Shown here: positions 15,001 through 27,369 of the stretch, piece after piece
Position numbering within the stretch: the first letter of the stretch is position 1
Layout: each line of letters begins with the position of its first letter
Assembly (NCBI RefSeq): GCF_964204645.1
Contig: NC_134025.1
Span: 1,736,001-1,800,000, forward strand
Source of the DNA: Tubulanus polymorphus
Lineage: Eukaryota > Animalia > Nemertea
Length of the DNA: 64,000 nt
Direction: 5' to 3'
The notes under the pieces: generated by a model
Seen by the model: only the letters and a program-made list of their open reading frames with translations
Told to the model about the DNA's origin: nothing
Databases searched by the model: none
Program-made: the position numbers and the translations under genes

Positions 15001-15541
15001 ATAAGGATAAGTAGAAATGTTGAAAATAAATCATTAAATCTTTTCGGACATGTTCTTTCTTGATCTTAAAATAGGGATTTTCCCCGTTATTAATTCATTT
15101 GGTCGGTGAATTTAGTTTGATTTTTCGATAAGTGTCCCTTACAAACCCACCACACCGGACGGCCGGGAGCGAAACAGGGGGTTTGATTGACATGTTCTTT
15201 CTTAGCAAGGGGTTTTGTGCGCTATCATACACACTCAAGAATGTTTCATCAAAGTTTAAGATGAACAACTTCTCACCACAAATATTTATTTGTAAAAAGA
15301 GTACTTGAAATTGTAAATTGAGCTGATGACCCGATGCCGGTAAATTAGATTTGAATACGTTATCCGTCGTTGATTGCTCGCGCGTTACAGTAATGAATAC
15401 AATCTTAATTGAATCAACTCACTAAATGACGGTCGGAAGATGCTTATTACGAGGCAACTAAAACTTGGCTAAATAGTGGTTTGATTAGATTTCAAGACCA
15501 GTCAGTCTTAATGCTACATGAAATCATCTTTTCTCAATATA

Positions 15542-15582
<41 letters not shown>

Positions 15583-18500
15583 CTCGTATTACATTATCGA
15601 CATTCTGAAGTCCATTATCTAACCAGCCACATTTATGTAGATTCCAGACTTATTTACAAGCACTCAAACTGTCTGGGATAAATGGGTTTGTCACATCTTT
15701 AATGAACCAAAATCAGTCGTATTGCAGAGGCTGTTATGATTGACGGTTCATTCGAAGGATAGGCAAATATAGACTGGAATATCAGTGTATTAACATGAGG
15801 AAGCACAGTACCAGCTATCCCACCAGATGGCGTGATGAACATTCAGTTTACTTTTTCACACTATATTTTACTTATTGTAAATAACCTTGATATGTTTTTA
15901 AACGTTATTTTTTTCCATCATATACAATTATTAACAAAATCATTGTTCCCTCCACATACCATAGATATGGTAGCAGAGGAATTAAACTTATTTTCATGTA
16001 GTCGAAAATTAGTTCATTATCATTCAACGTTGAATCTTTCAATTTCTATTCAGTGGTCAGTGTAGCTTTAATGATTTGTTTAAAAAGAAAAGTTCATTAA
16101 ATTTCAAATGAAATGTAGAAGAAACTGAATGCGAAAGATCGAATAACTACTGATACCTGGTGGATCCTTGCTTGCTATAAGTGGAATCCTTGCTTGCCGC
16201 CTCCCCGTTACTAAAGCCACATCTCATCAGGTTTTACAATAGATAAAACCAGTGCTGGTCGTAATGAATGAAGAAGTCACTGCTGAATACCAGCAATTAT
16301 TTCTGTTAAATGACCAATCACCGACAATCACTGACAATTGCCGACTTATAGAAACAAATAAAGCCATGTTACCCACCATCGCGATCAGCTTATTCAAGTG
16401 AAATAACTGTCACAGCCAGTGCAGGCGAGGGTAGACGAGGGCAGGCGGGCGAACTGCCTGAATTTATTGATCACTGTTTTATCATAGCACGATTGGTAAT
16501 AATTGATACAGCAGTGCGTGAAACTGCAATTGACTCTCACAGTAACATGAACAATAACAGCAAACATCAGCACTCGATATCAATCATCCAACAACTCAAA
16601 CATCTCCAAAACAACTCACTATATCATTCACATATCCAACACGCTCACATTGATTTTCGTAGCTTTTATTTTTTTTTCTTGATTACTTGATCTTAACCCT
16701 ATATCTAAAACTCAATTCAATGTATCTCAGCCTATTCCGCTTTTGGAGATCTCCTTTCAATTGTCTAAAGCATATAGATGAATATCATGTAATCGTATAT
16801 ATCATATAGTAAGATGGATCAAGGAAGGCAGGTCCAAAAAGGACATTTATCAGATAAAGCAGGCCACATGCTGCAGTATCAGAAATACATCTAAAAACGC
16901 ACTATTTCCAAAAGGATAAGTGTCAAATTTGCAGGTTTTACTGTCATGACAAAATGTGCAACGTCAATAGGAAGGAAGGGGTGCGAACACCTTCAATCCA
17001 CCCCTGCTTTCACATACACATTGAAAAATAAAATCCATTCATTTCAAGAATCAGGAACTGGATCTTAAACTCAACTGCGAGATCGTTTTATGTCAAGATA
17101 TTGATGAAATTTGCTTTTATCTCACGGCAGAAAGAAAAATACGACCGTTAAAACGAGCGGATGTTGAAACTTTCCGATTGTTCGACGTAGAAAAAATCTC
17201 ACACAAGAAACATTCTATTAATAATCAATGTATTGAACGAAGCAGCGTTCTAATAGCTGCGCGACGGCGCTCGAAATCTAAAAGGCAATCCTATCCATCA
17301 AAGCCAACAGCTTAATGAAAATAGAAATCAATTTCAGACCGAATGACATCGTCCACATCTTCTATAGATCACAACTCACCGTGCAGCAGTCCTGGATGTC
17401 ATTGCTTACTTCATGGTCAACTACTTCACACAAAATATATATCTTCACTGCCGATCATCAGGAGCTCGAGCAGCTTACCTACATTCAAATAACTACTCAA
17501 AACTCATTTCACATTAACCCTTTCAGTGCGTCTACACCTCAGTGCGGTGTATGAATCGGTGATGGATTTTGCGAGTACACCGCACTGTGGTATATTGATT
17601 TAATTAGTAATTAGTAATTATCTCTCTTGAAAAATGGCAGCACCTGTCAAACATAGTGAAATACTAGTAACTAACGATACACCGCGTCGCGGTGTAGACG
17701 TATTAAAGTGGTATTCCCGTTATTCAACACACTACGGTGGAATTTCTAAAAAATTTCAAATTATCTCCAGCACTATAGGGTATTGAATAGTCAGCACTGA
17801 AAGGGTTAATCTATTGTTTTGATACAGTTTCTGTGATCACTGATCACCACATGTAGACACATAATAACAATGATAATCAGGGGACAGTATATAAATTCAG
17901 GAACTGTCCCTGAAATCAAGGCATATTGAACCTTTTTAGAGACTATTTTGTGACAATCAGTGAACAGAAATCCATTTTCATGAACTATCCTGGCAATAAA
18001 GACCAGTATCCTCAAAGACCAGTAAATCATTTTCAAAAACTGTTGTCGACAATCAGGGGACAGGAAACCATTGAAAAAAACATCAATGGATACATATGCA
18101 TTATGATTATTCACATGATTATATAAAAAAATTAAATTTGGTTTTTCCTAATTCCGAGTAAAATATTTGTTAAGAGAAAAACCGATCAGGTTTTACTACA
18201 TACCTGAACCAGTGTCAAATAAATGAATAAAAATGTAATCGTATTTCACAGGTGAACCGGTAATGAGTTTAACAGCAGACACACGCGCGTGTGTTCAATG
18301 AATTCAACTAGAAATATCAATTTAAACGCATTGATTTATTTCAGGTTTATAAATGATCGGTGAAATTAAATGGATTATTATTGAATTCCTCGTGACGCGA
18401 GATCGATATCTCAACGACTGTGAAATTCTTTATTGATCTCTATCGTATCATACGAGAATATCATTATACATCGAGAGTATACCTGCATATATCATACAAA

Positions 18501-21500
18501 CAACTGAAATCACAGAATCAACTAAAATAATTCCAAAATGCACAATCAAGCAGCAATCATACTACGAATGTTCTATTTTTGATGTTCGATTGTTTGACCG
18601 AAACCGAAATTTCCAAAACCAGGAATATATTCAACTGACCATTAAACTATATATGTACGATTTCCGAAATCAAAATCGACTGTCTTATTCCAGGCAGCTG
18701 TGGTGGGTTTAGGGAAATCAAGCATAAAATCAAATCTAATCAACCACATGAATATCAGAGATAAATGCTACAGTTTTGGCCAAAATATGGTTTTTGCTGG
18801 AAAGTTTTTGCTCAGAATTAGGAACTCATCCTCAAAATTCCTGGCAATTAGAACATGTGTTATCGAAGAATGATTGGATAGTCATCAGGCCTGACTGGTT
18901 ATCACACATCTGACTGGTCGGTCGGTCGTACTACAAACACAAACTTTCCAACCCGACTAATCGCTGTGATTCAGTGGGCAAGTGGTTAGCATGAAGGATT
19001 CGAAAACAAGAGCCCCAGGTTCAAATCCCAGAGGGGTTCAGGTTCTGATGACCTCAGTATATATCCACTTACACGCTACGTCTACATCTACTGTCATATA
19101 AAAAATGTCTTTGCCTCCCCCTCAGTCATATCCAATTATTTTGCTGTACATGAGCACAAAATGACCATCATTACAGCTACCTTACACCAGATATGGGAGT
19201 AATAATAGACAAATCATAAGTTCGGCAAAATTACTCGTAATGTACCCATAAAATACATGTGTATATCATAAAGCTGAGAAACAGTAAATCTATAAAACAC
19301 AGGGACAATAGAACTAATAAAACAACGTGAAATATCTAATACCTTTGACAATTCTTACACAACTGAATGACTGTAACGATAATTGCACGGTTACTAACGC
19401 AGAAACACGGCAACTGAGGTAATCATTGTTTTATATTAGCATTTCCATGAAAGCAACGAATAAGGTATAAACTCAGACGCGGAGAATAGGTAATAGAATT
19501 AAAACCTACAGTAACATTTATCTATCGAAAGTTTGACGACACAACGTGATTTTTGGCACTCTTAGGTATGAAGAAATAACTAATCTCATGGGTAACTGGG
19601 GAGAACAGGTGGGAACCCGAATGGAAATAATCGGTAGATTTTTAGTCATTTTATTTCAACAAACATATCATTGAACATAAATGACGAATGGCTCACACAC
19701 AATAAATTCTGAAAATGTCGATATTGGACAAATGTTCTCTTTTTCTCATATGAAGAATCGTTATTTCAGCTCAACAGAGATTTCAACGCCAGACAGGAGG
19801 AGATGACACCGTAAATACTTTTCGGACAATTATAATCTTCGTATTTCAGTCGTATGACAGTTGATGAATTCATATTGCTGTAAATTCCTTGGCAACGAAG
19901 ATAATACCGAAGAAAATCCATACACGCACCACTGCACTGGTGTTAGAGAGAGGGAGAGAGGGAGAGTGGGAGAGAGGGAGAGAGGGAGAGAGGGAGAGAG
20001 GGAGAGAGAGGGCGACCATTGCATGAATATATTCTGCCAGTAAAAGGTGTCTGGCGCAGCTTTGTCAAATATGTATTAACAGACAGTACAGGTGTCTGTC
20101 TACTTACAGTTAACTCATGATAATCTCCCCCCATAGCCCCCCCCCCCCCAATGCCAGATCCTTTAACATCTATATCGAGACTAGTTCAAAGTCGTCTTAA
20201 ATCTCGATGGTTATAGAGTGGTATAGATGGTTATAGAGTTATATAGTGTAACCTGCCCCTGATTTCTGAAGAATATTCTTAAGTATATATAAACAGAAAG
20301 GAGAGAATTTCTAAATGATAAAATGTCAAGGTTTCGAGCAAGCGTGGTCCATATGACTGCAGCATCTATAATCAACTTATATTCCTGATTTTAAATTGAC
20401 AGAACCAATCTTCATATTCATCGTGTATACTACACAGTCTGGGATATATATCGTGTGATATAATCACCTGTCATCATCAGCTACAGCTCGTGGTTCATCT
20501 TCATCAATTCTATACAAATTGATATCTATAACTCAAATATTTAGATATTCAAATTATTATTCAAAATTGTATAATCTGCAATTTACTGCATGCATCGGTA
20601 CAGAAATCCATTAAGAATTCTGAAGGTCTCGATAACAATAAATGTGAGCCCTAAAGTTCCGTGGTATATGGAAAAGTTCCGTGGTATATGGAAAGTTCCG
20701 TGGTATATGGAAAGTTCCGTGGTATATGGAAAGGTTCCGTGGTATATGGAAAGTTCCGTGGTATATGGAAAAGTTCTGTGGTATATGGAAAGTTCCGTGG
20801 TATATGGAAAGTTCCGTGGTATATGGAAAGGTTCCGTGGTATATGGAAAGGTTCCGTGGTATATGGAAAAGTTCCGTGGTATATGGAAAAGTTCCGTGGT
20901 ATATGGAAAGGTTCCGTGGTATATGAAAAGGTTCAGTGGTATATGGAAAGTTCCGTGGTATATGGAAAGGTTCCATGGTATATGGAAAGTTCCGTGGTAT
21001 ATGGAAAAGTTCCGTGGTATATGGAAAGTTCCGTGGTATATGGAAAGTTCCGTGGTATATGGAAAGGTTCCGTGGTATATGGAAAGTTCCGTGGTATATG
21101 GAAAAGTTCCGTGGTATATGGAAAGTTCCGTGGTATATGGAAAGGTTCCGTGGTATATGGAAAGTTCCGTGGTATATGGAAAAGTTCCGTGGTATATGGA
21201 AAGTTCCGTGGTATATGGAAAGGTTCCGTGGTATATGAAAAGGTTCAGTGGTATATGGAAAGTTCCGTGGTATATGGAAAGGTTCCGTGGTATATGGAAA
21301 GTTCCGTGGTATACGGCGTAAGAAGATCAAAATATTTTAATGGACATTTTCTTGAATTTTTCACAATCTTTTTTTACAAGCAGATATCCATTTTCGGAGT
21401 TTTTCTCACAGTTTCCACATTAATCCTATCCCTGGCATGTATATGCATCTTTCCAATCGGGATGACAAACTACTGTCCTCTACATACACCAGTAGAAAGG

Positions 21501-24500
21501 TAGTTTAAAACAGCGTGATTAACAGCGAGACTATTAGACAGGTAGTGTTTAATGGGCTACCCCGAGGGAGATGGGAAATCACTGGTTGAATGAGCTCAGT
21601 AAATAACAATAATCATCTTACACCATCCACCGGCACCAAACTGCTTCACCAACATTATATTTTTCAAGCTACATAACACACTGTTAACCTTAGTTCATCT
21701 TTTGTTTGCCAACCACAAAAAAAAAATAAATCAACTTAGAATAATGAGGTTTGTTTAGAAGATGCCTGTAAGCTTTATCAAAACCCTGCATAAAAATGTT
21801 CATCATCAAAAAAGCATCAGTTTTTAAAAACAGATCATGAATGCTGATGTGTCATTGGGTGTGGTATAAGAATGTATGACCAGTATTTGTATCATATAAA
21901 TAGGGGGTCGATTCCCCATGGCATCATCTATTACAGACACTGGCATTCACATAATATTCACTGATCTTTTTAGAAACATCGCAGAGATTTACTGCAACAA
22001 CCTGTCTAATGGTGAAGTATCCCCGTAGCTACACTCGGCCAGTTACACCAATGACATCAAAAGAATTCTATAATTGCAGTTATAGTCACAGAGTCAGTAC
22101 GTCTTAGTGCACTCTGTGATAAAATCATTAAATATGGTCCAGAAATGCAGTCGAGTATTGACCAAATCTATAAGTCTATCTACAGTCATTCTCTTAAACC
22201 GTACAAGACACTTCAATAAACCAGTTTATCATAGATATAGAAGACAATTCGCCGATAATCAATCAGATGAATATATATTTTTGATAGCCCCAGCGGCCAC
22301 CACTCCAGGAAGCCATAAACGAGAGGCAACAACATAATTCATATCTGTAAAGCGTTATAATCTTGATGAAAAACTCTTGAGTCCGCGTTTTAATGATAAT
22401 ATGTGATAAAATCCTACACAATACTAATATCACCATTGATTACTGAATTATTCTCTTTATTCTATATTGCATATTCCATGAAGACGACTATCGGGATATT
22501 GTGGAAATGTTCAGATAAACTATCAGCTCAAGGAAACATTTCAGGAATTCTATTGTATATTACTGTTAGTTATAATGCTCATTTTCATATACGTTCCTAT
22601 CATCAGATCGATGTGTCTCGATATTTAAAGCACGTTTCCGATAACTGCGATGGAGAAACATGTTTGAATGGACTTGACGAATACCTCGGGAATGATATCA
22701 ATAGATTTATAGTGGAGAACAGTAAAACGTGATTGAAAATTCATGCTACTTTCCCCACGCACACTAACACATAGATAGACACTCAACGTCTTCAATGATT
22801 TTATCTACTGAAGTCTTAAACTCATCCCACTGAATCCTATTGATGTTCCTTATTTTTTAACCTTTCTTTCTACGGTTTCGTATAGATCAACAGGATGTAT
22901 CGTTTTGATAAAACTGATCGGGCTTCAAAATAACTTAACTTCGATCGTAGATTTTCTTCCATTGTAAACCGGTTCAAGACGAGGAGATATACCTGCATAG
23001 GAACTATTAAATAGTTGTCTGGGTAAAACTGTCAAGCGTCGAGTATTCTCATTGTATCAGAAATTCTGTCGATGACATCTTCAGAGGTTTTTCAGCGCCA
23101 CACGACCGAATGATACACCGGTACAGAGAGAAAATAAGAGCTATTTCTGATACGGAGGAGATAAAATGACAACCTCACATGAAATCTAATTCGTGTAGTA
23201 TTGGGAAGGGATGAACATTGTCCCGATGCAGAAGACACGGAACAGGAGGCGGCTGCAGCAGAAATCAATTTTCTGTTGGATTCAGATTACAGATGATGAT
23301 GATGATGATTTGAGATGGATTAAATCAGTCCCGAGGGTACTAACATTCAAACTGTTATAAATCCTGTTATATATATACAACAATCAGATTCTATACAGGC
23401 AATCTATTAATTTATCAATATAAGTTCCAACGTTTCTTAACAAATTAATAGAAAAACTTCAAAAAAGTAAATTGCCTCCACTGATGAGCGTGCGATATAC
23501 ATCGATGCAGAATCAATTAAATCAATCAGCAATAGAATTATTGATTTTCTGTGTTAGAAAACAATATTCCCATACAGGCAATCGTTTCAACCCCCCTCTC
23601 CCCTCAGTATTCCCTTCAACCCCCCTCTCCCCTCAGTATTCCCTTCAACCCCCCCTCTCCCCTCAGTAATCTATCTACATGGTCTAAACCACCCAGTCTA
23701 ATCCACCCGGTCTTATCCACCCAGTCTAATCCAACCAGTCTAATCCACCAGGTTTAGTCCACCTGGAATTATCCACCCCTTCTACATAAATCCACCCAGT
23801 CTAACCCACCTAGTCAAATCCACCCAGTCTAATCCACCCAGTCTCATCCACCCAATCCAACCCGGTCTAATGTGTCCATGGTCTAATCAATCAAAGTCTA
23901 ACATGTTTATCGTGTGATTTTGTTGCGTGCTGAAAACAGTTTCTTCTTTCACAAACGCAGGAATTATTCAGAGATTATTTCCATCAAGATCAGTGATTAG
24001 TTGAAAGATTTATAACTCGAACAAACACAACACGCGCGACACAGATTCTTCTTATAGAATCAATGTTTTTCCGGCACAAAAAGAACATTGAAGTGAAGAG
24101 TAGTAATTCCGGTCGCTGTTGTATTACATAGACATCACAAATAAACATTAGAATGACGTGAATAATAAATTACTGCGAGGAAGAAGAATGATTGTTTAAT
24201 TAAATGATCTCGTTGGTTTTACTTTACATCGAATAACCATAAATAACATTCTCTGATTTCCATCAACGGATTATCATAGTAGACAAAATAAACACTAGGG
24301 CAGTCAGTAGTCCCCTTAACACCCTAGCGCTTTAAAACTGCAGTTACGCCTAATTTGGTTCAACAACACTTAAGATCTTGTCTTAGCCCGTCTTATCTAA
24401 CAACATAAGACTGGCCTTAGAGTTAAGACAATTTTGAGCCAGTTGCCTAATAATAGCTTTGTTTGAAGACCAGCCTAAGACGAGTTCTATAACCGATCAA

Positions 24501-24857
24501 CACCAGTCATAAGACCATGTACAGACTTAAGTCCAGCATGTTCAGTAATAGGGAATGATTCACTTTTTATGAAATAAGAACAACTTATCACATAGAAGAT
24601 AATGACTGAATGTATCCTATCAGTAAAACCCAATGAGATGAATTCATTTACCGGTTACTAAAACCCATACAGTTTACTAAATCACGATGAAATGTTATAA
24701 CGAAGCCAAACAAAAACGAAGCAATCGAACATCGAACGTAAAATAGCTTCAAACCGACGATTAGAAAATTAAAGAAAGAATCCCGACATATGCGAGTCTC
24801 CGCTAAACCCAGCCATACATAAACACACGACTTACCCGTATTACTGAATATCGCCAT
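1..24857 (-). CDS. ITPRID/SSFA2(KRAP)/TESPA1-family IP3-receptor-interacting protein, multi-exon, 3' end beyond left edge
   Basis: Phase-compatible exons: 24857-24836 (caccATGG, MAIFSNT), 10945-9440 (Ser/Pro/Gln-rich), 7362-7275, 6470-6361 (SSEDDLSLGAE), 6194-6128, 5681-5529, 5144-4915 (SIDVLLDERKGDPEEILMNLGFG...RIPERFL, KRAP IP3R-binding domain motif), 1353-<1. The link to the first exon across a 13.9-kb intron is the least certain part. Confidence 0.75.
4232..5144 (-). CDS. Extended KRAP-domain exon: alternative terminal exon of the ITPRID-like gene ending SPDETLV*
   Basis: The frame stays open for about 227 codons past the donor at 4914 (G|gtaaac) to TAA at 4232; ORF track 4232..5164. Confidence 0.6.
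8929..9013. mobile_element. Short foldback/MITE-like palindromic element
   Basis: caggacgcggttccacagttc...gaactgtggaacagattcctg forms imperfect terminal inverted repeats. Confidence 0.45.
9031..9333. mobile_element. MITE with CAGG(A/G)TGGCCAC termini
   Basis: Left end caggatggccac; right end gtggccaccctg. A related degenerate copy lies at about 37676-37926. Confidence 0.6.
12400..13250. repeat. 53-bp minisatellite, 16 copies, each containing a 16-bp-arm palindrome
   Basis: agagtccatg recurs exactly every 53 nt from 12439 to 13234. Unit: agagtccatgaaatgtcaacRYcaaaacaRtggactcWaaaacaaattgtttt. Confidence 0.97.
15537..15582. repeat. (TA)n microsatellite
   Basis: Seen directly. Confidence 0.9.
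17518..17805. mobile_element. Non-autonomous piggyBac-type MITE
   Basis: TTAA|CCCTTTCAGTGC ... GCACTGAAAGGG|TTAA: perfect 12-bp TIR with TTAA target-site duplication. Confidence 0.85.
18969..19090 (+). mobile_element. Degenerate tRNA-derived SINE head
   Basis: A-box-like gggcaagtggttag and B-box ggttcaaatccc at tRNA-like spacing; no complete cloverleaf. Confidence 0.45.
19944..20012. repeat. Purine-rich (GAGAGAGG)n simple repeat
   Basis: Seen directly. Confidence 0.9.
20653..21316. repeat. 19/20-bp minisatellite (gttccgtggtatatggaaa[a/g]), roughly 34 copies
   Basis: Seen directly; the unit has no stop codon in most frames, which explains the stacked ORFs. Confidence 0.97.
23586..23870. repeat. 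C-rich tandem repeats (tcaaccccccctctcccctcagtattccct x3, then atccacccagtcta-like 14-mers)
   Basis: Seen directly. Confidence 0.8.
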
Positions 24858-27369
24858 GGTGACAATGTGGTGGGTAGGTATGCGATTATCAAGAATGGAT
24901 TGAAATATCCTTATCAGATAAAGTGAAATGATAGTTATAAAGATGAAGAAACTGCATAATATCAGCTGGTATGAGTGTCACACTGACAGCGAGTAGATTG
25001 TGCGCGAGAGTGCAGTAGCTACTGTACCACTCACTGTCTGTGTGTGTGTGTCCTCGTAGTACATGTAGCTCAGTTCATCGTTGTCATCTGGTATAATCTA
25101 TCCTTAACCCCCTCACTGTCGCCACCACCCGTATGCTTACAATGTATCAAAAAACAACGTCCAAAAGAATTATTCTGAAAATGCTCAGAATGTTTTAGAA
25201 ATCAGATTAATTGCCTGTCTATACAACGCTCTGAATTCAATTCTCACACAGGACCATCTCGCAAAACAACATCTCGAAGAATTCTATTCTATTCTTGAAA
25301 TGAATCTAGAAATTATTGATCATCGATGTCTTTAAAGTTCAGCATTAACTAACTATAAGCAAGATTCGCGAGTCCCCAAATCATAGGAAAACAGACAATC
25401 GAAAAAATGATTAGTTCTATGAAAATAGAAATTCTATAATCCATCCAATACGTACTGACAGTCAATTATTGATTTCATCGTCACATATTGGGTTGGGTTT
25501 GAGATCAGTCAATATTTCAAAACTGTTTACTCAATGTGTATGGAGTTAAAAATCTTGGTCGTAGACGGCGTCAGTTGGCGCAATAAAACCGAGCGTGGTA
25601 GCAGATGATCGCGCTACAATACCATCTTAATTAACATTTTACTGAATGAATCTAACATTAATTTCAAATTTTAGAAAATCTAAAATGTTTACCACTTGTT
25701 ACTGCTGTAGTTCTGTATTCAGTAATATTTCAATGATTTATGAAATGTCACGCTCTGTGTTATTATTATTACTACTATTCCTAGTCTAGTCTCCAGAAGC
25801 GCGAACATGAAAATGCAATTTTTCAGTAATCATAACTCATGTCCAGTTATAGCGTGACAATAATGTTTTCCTTCAACAGACACGCAGACTGATTTGATAT
25901 TAGTTGCCCCCGTGTGTCTAGTGGCTATTCACATCTTACCTGTAGCTCATATAAACATATATATATCTTCACTCTATAATCATGTAGTTTGTTATATACC
26001 AGCCACAGTCCCTAGACAAAGATACCAAAATATGATAAAAATCTATGATAAAAATTAACTCTAATTCAAACAAACAGTATTTGTTGCAGTGAAGGGTCTA
26101 CATGTAGCACCACAGATATGTAAAATGTTTTAATAAATTAATTCTAATTTGAAAAAGTATTTTTTTCAGTGCTTGAATGTGGACCTTCATAGATTTTTGT
26201 CCTCATAGTAGCCTACTGAATTACTACATTTGGGGGTTTTCACAGCCCATAATGTCAGATCAGGTAAATACATATTGTGGATTAAAATCCACTAGAAAAT
26301 AACTGGCAATAAATTGGCAATGTTTGGGAAACTCTTACAATCAAGAGAATACAATAGAGTACGACTGGTAGGTTGTGGATAAAACTACAGTCAACCAGAC
26401 TGGTCATACCTGACTGGTCACCAGACTGACAACTCCCAAAAGGGCTCACACCACTCAGTGACTTCTAGTCTGAGGCTGAGGTTTAGCATGCACACACTTG
26501 CCTGGGGCCCCTCTATCTTGGGGTGGGCTAGTAAGTTGATTGAATTGAAGCCCCAGCAGGTTCAAATAGTTGGATGGGCTAGTGTTAGATTACAATCGTT
26601 AATCACACCTATGTCCACTGTGTGTGTACTAATGTGCAGTACGGACTCTGCCGCTCGTGTAGTAGTTTACAGAACGGTATAGCAGCATCGCGCCCCGGCT
26701 CCCCACACGACATACACTAGAGCCAGGCAGAGGGGGTCCACCAAGAATGTCGTTTGTTTGTTTAATATTCGGTATTGTCAGGAAGGTTTAAATACGGGTT
26801 TGAAGCATATAGTGAAAAATTAAGCAATTGGTTCAGTAACTTACAGCTGGATATTCACCGTAGTACATGAAATAAGCGCTTTTCAGTGGTAAACATTGAC
26901 ATGTGCGCTCATTTCATTTCCGGGATAGTTACTATTATATACCGATAGATGGCGAAACCAACACAATGAAAAATAACCCACATTCTCGTTTCATACCTTT
27001 TATTCGACACCTTTTCGTCATTATGCCTCGATTAAAAATATATAAATCAGCACCAATACATATTCATTACTCATCTGGCAAGAATCTTTTATTTTCAATT
27101 AGTATAAAATTCATGACAATTAAAAAGCTCTGCTAATTTAAATACATTACAACATTGTTACAATATCACATTATAGTTTGGAATGCATGCGTTGATTACT
27201 AAAAACTCGATTAAAATCTATACAAAAAAACACATCTTTGGGACCTCATAAGTACTTTCATAATTTCATAATTAAGTACAATCATCTAAAATATATCAGC
27301 AATTTAAAGGCAATAAGAACTGGTTTATAAAATCAACATTCTGGTTTAAAAGTGTGGTAGAAAATAAAA

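Noticed and set aside
18969-19035. tRNA gene
   Set aside because: A and B boxes are present, but I could not build acceptor and anticodon stems; treated as SINE-like.
20590-21503. Five overlapping 81-280 aa ORFs
   Set aside because: They are artefacts of a stop-free 19/20-bp minisatellite.
21845-21930. tRNA-like or snoRNA-like segment (gggggtcgattcccc)
   Set aside because: Only a T-loop-like hairpin; there is no full cloverleaf or box C/D pairing.
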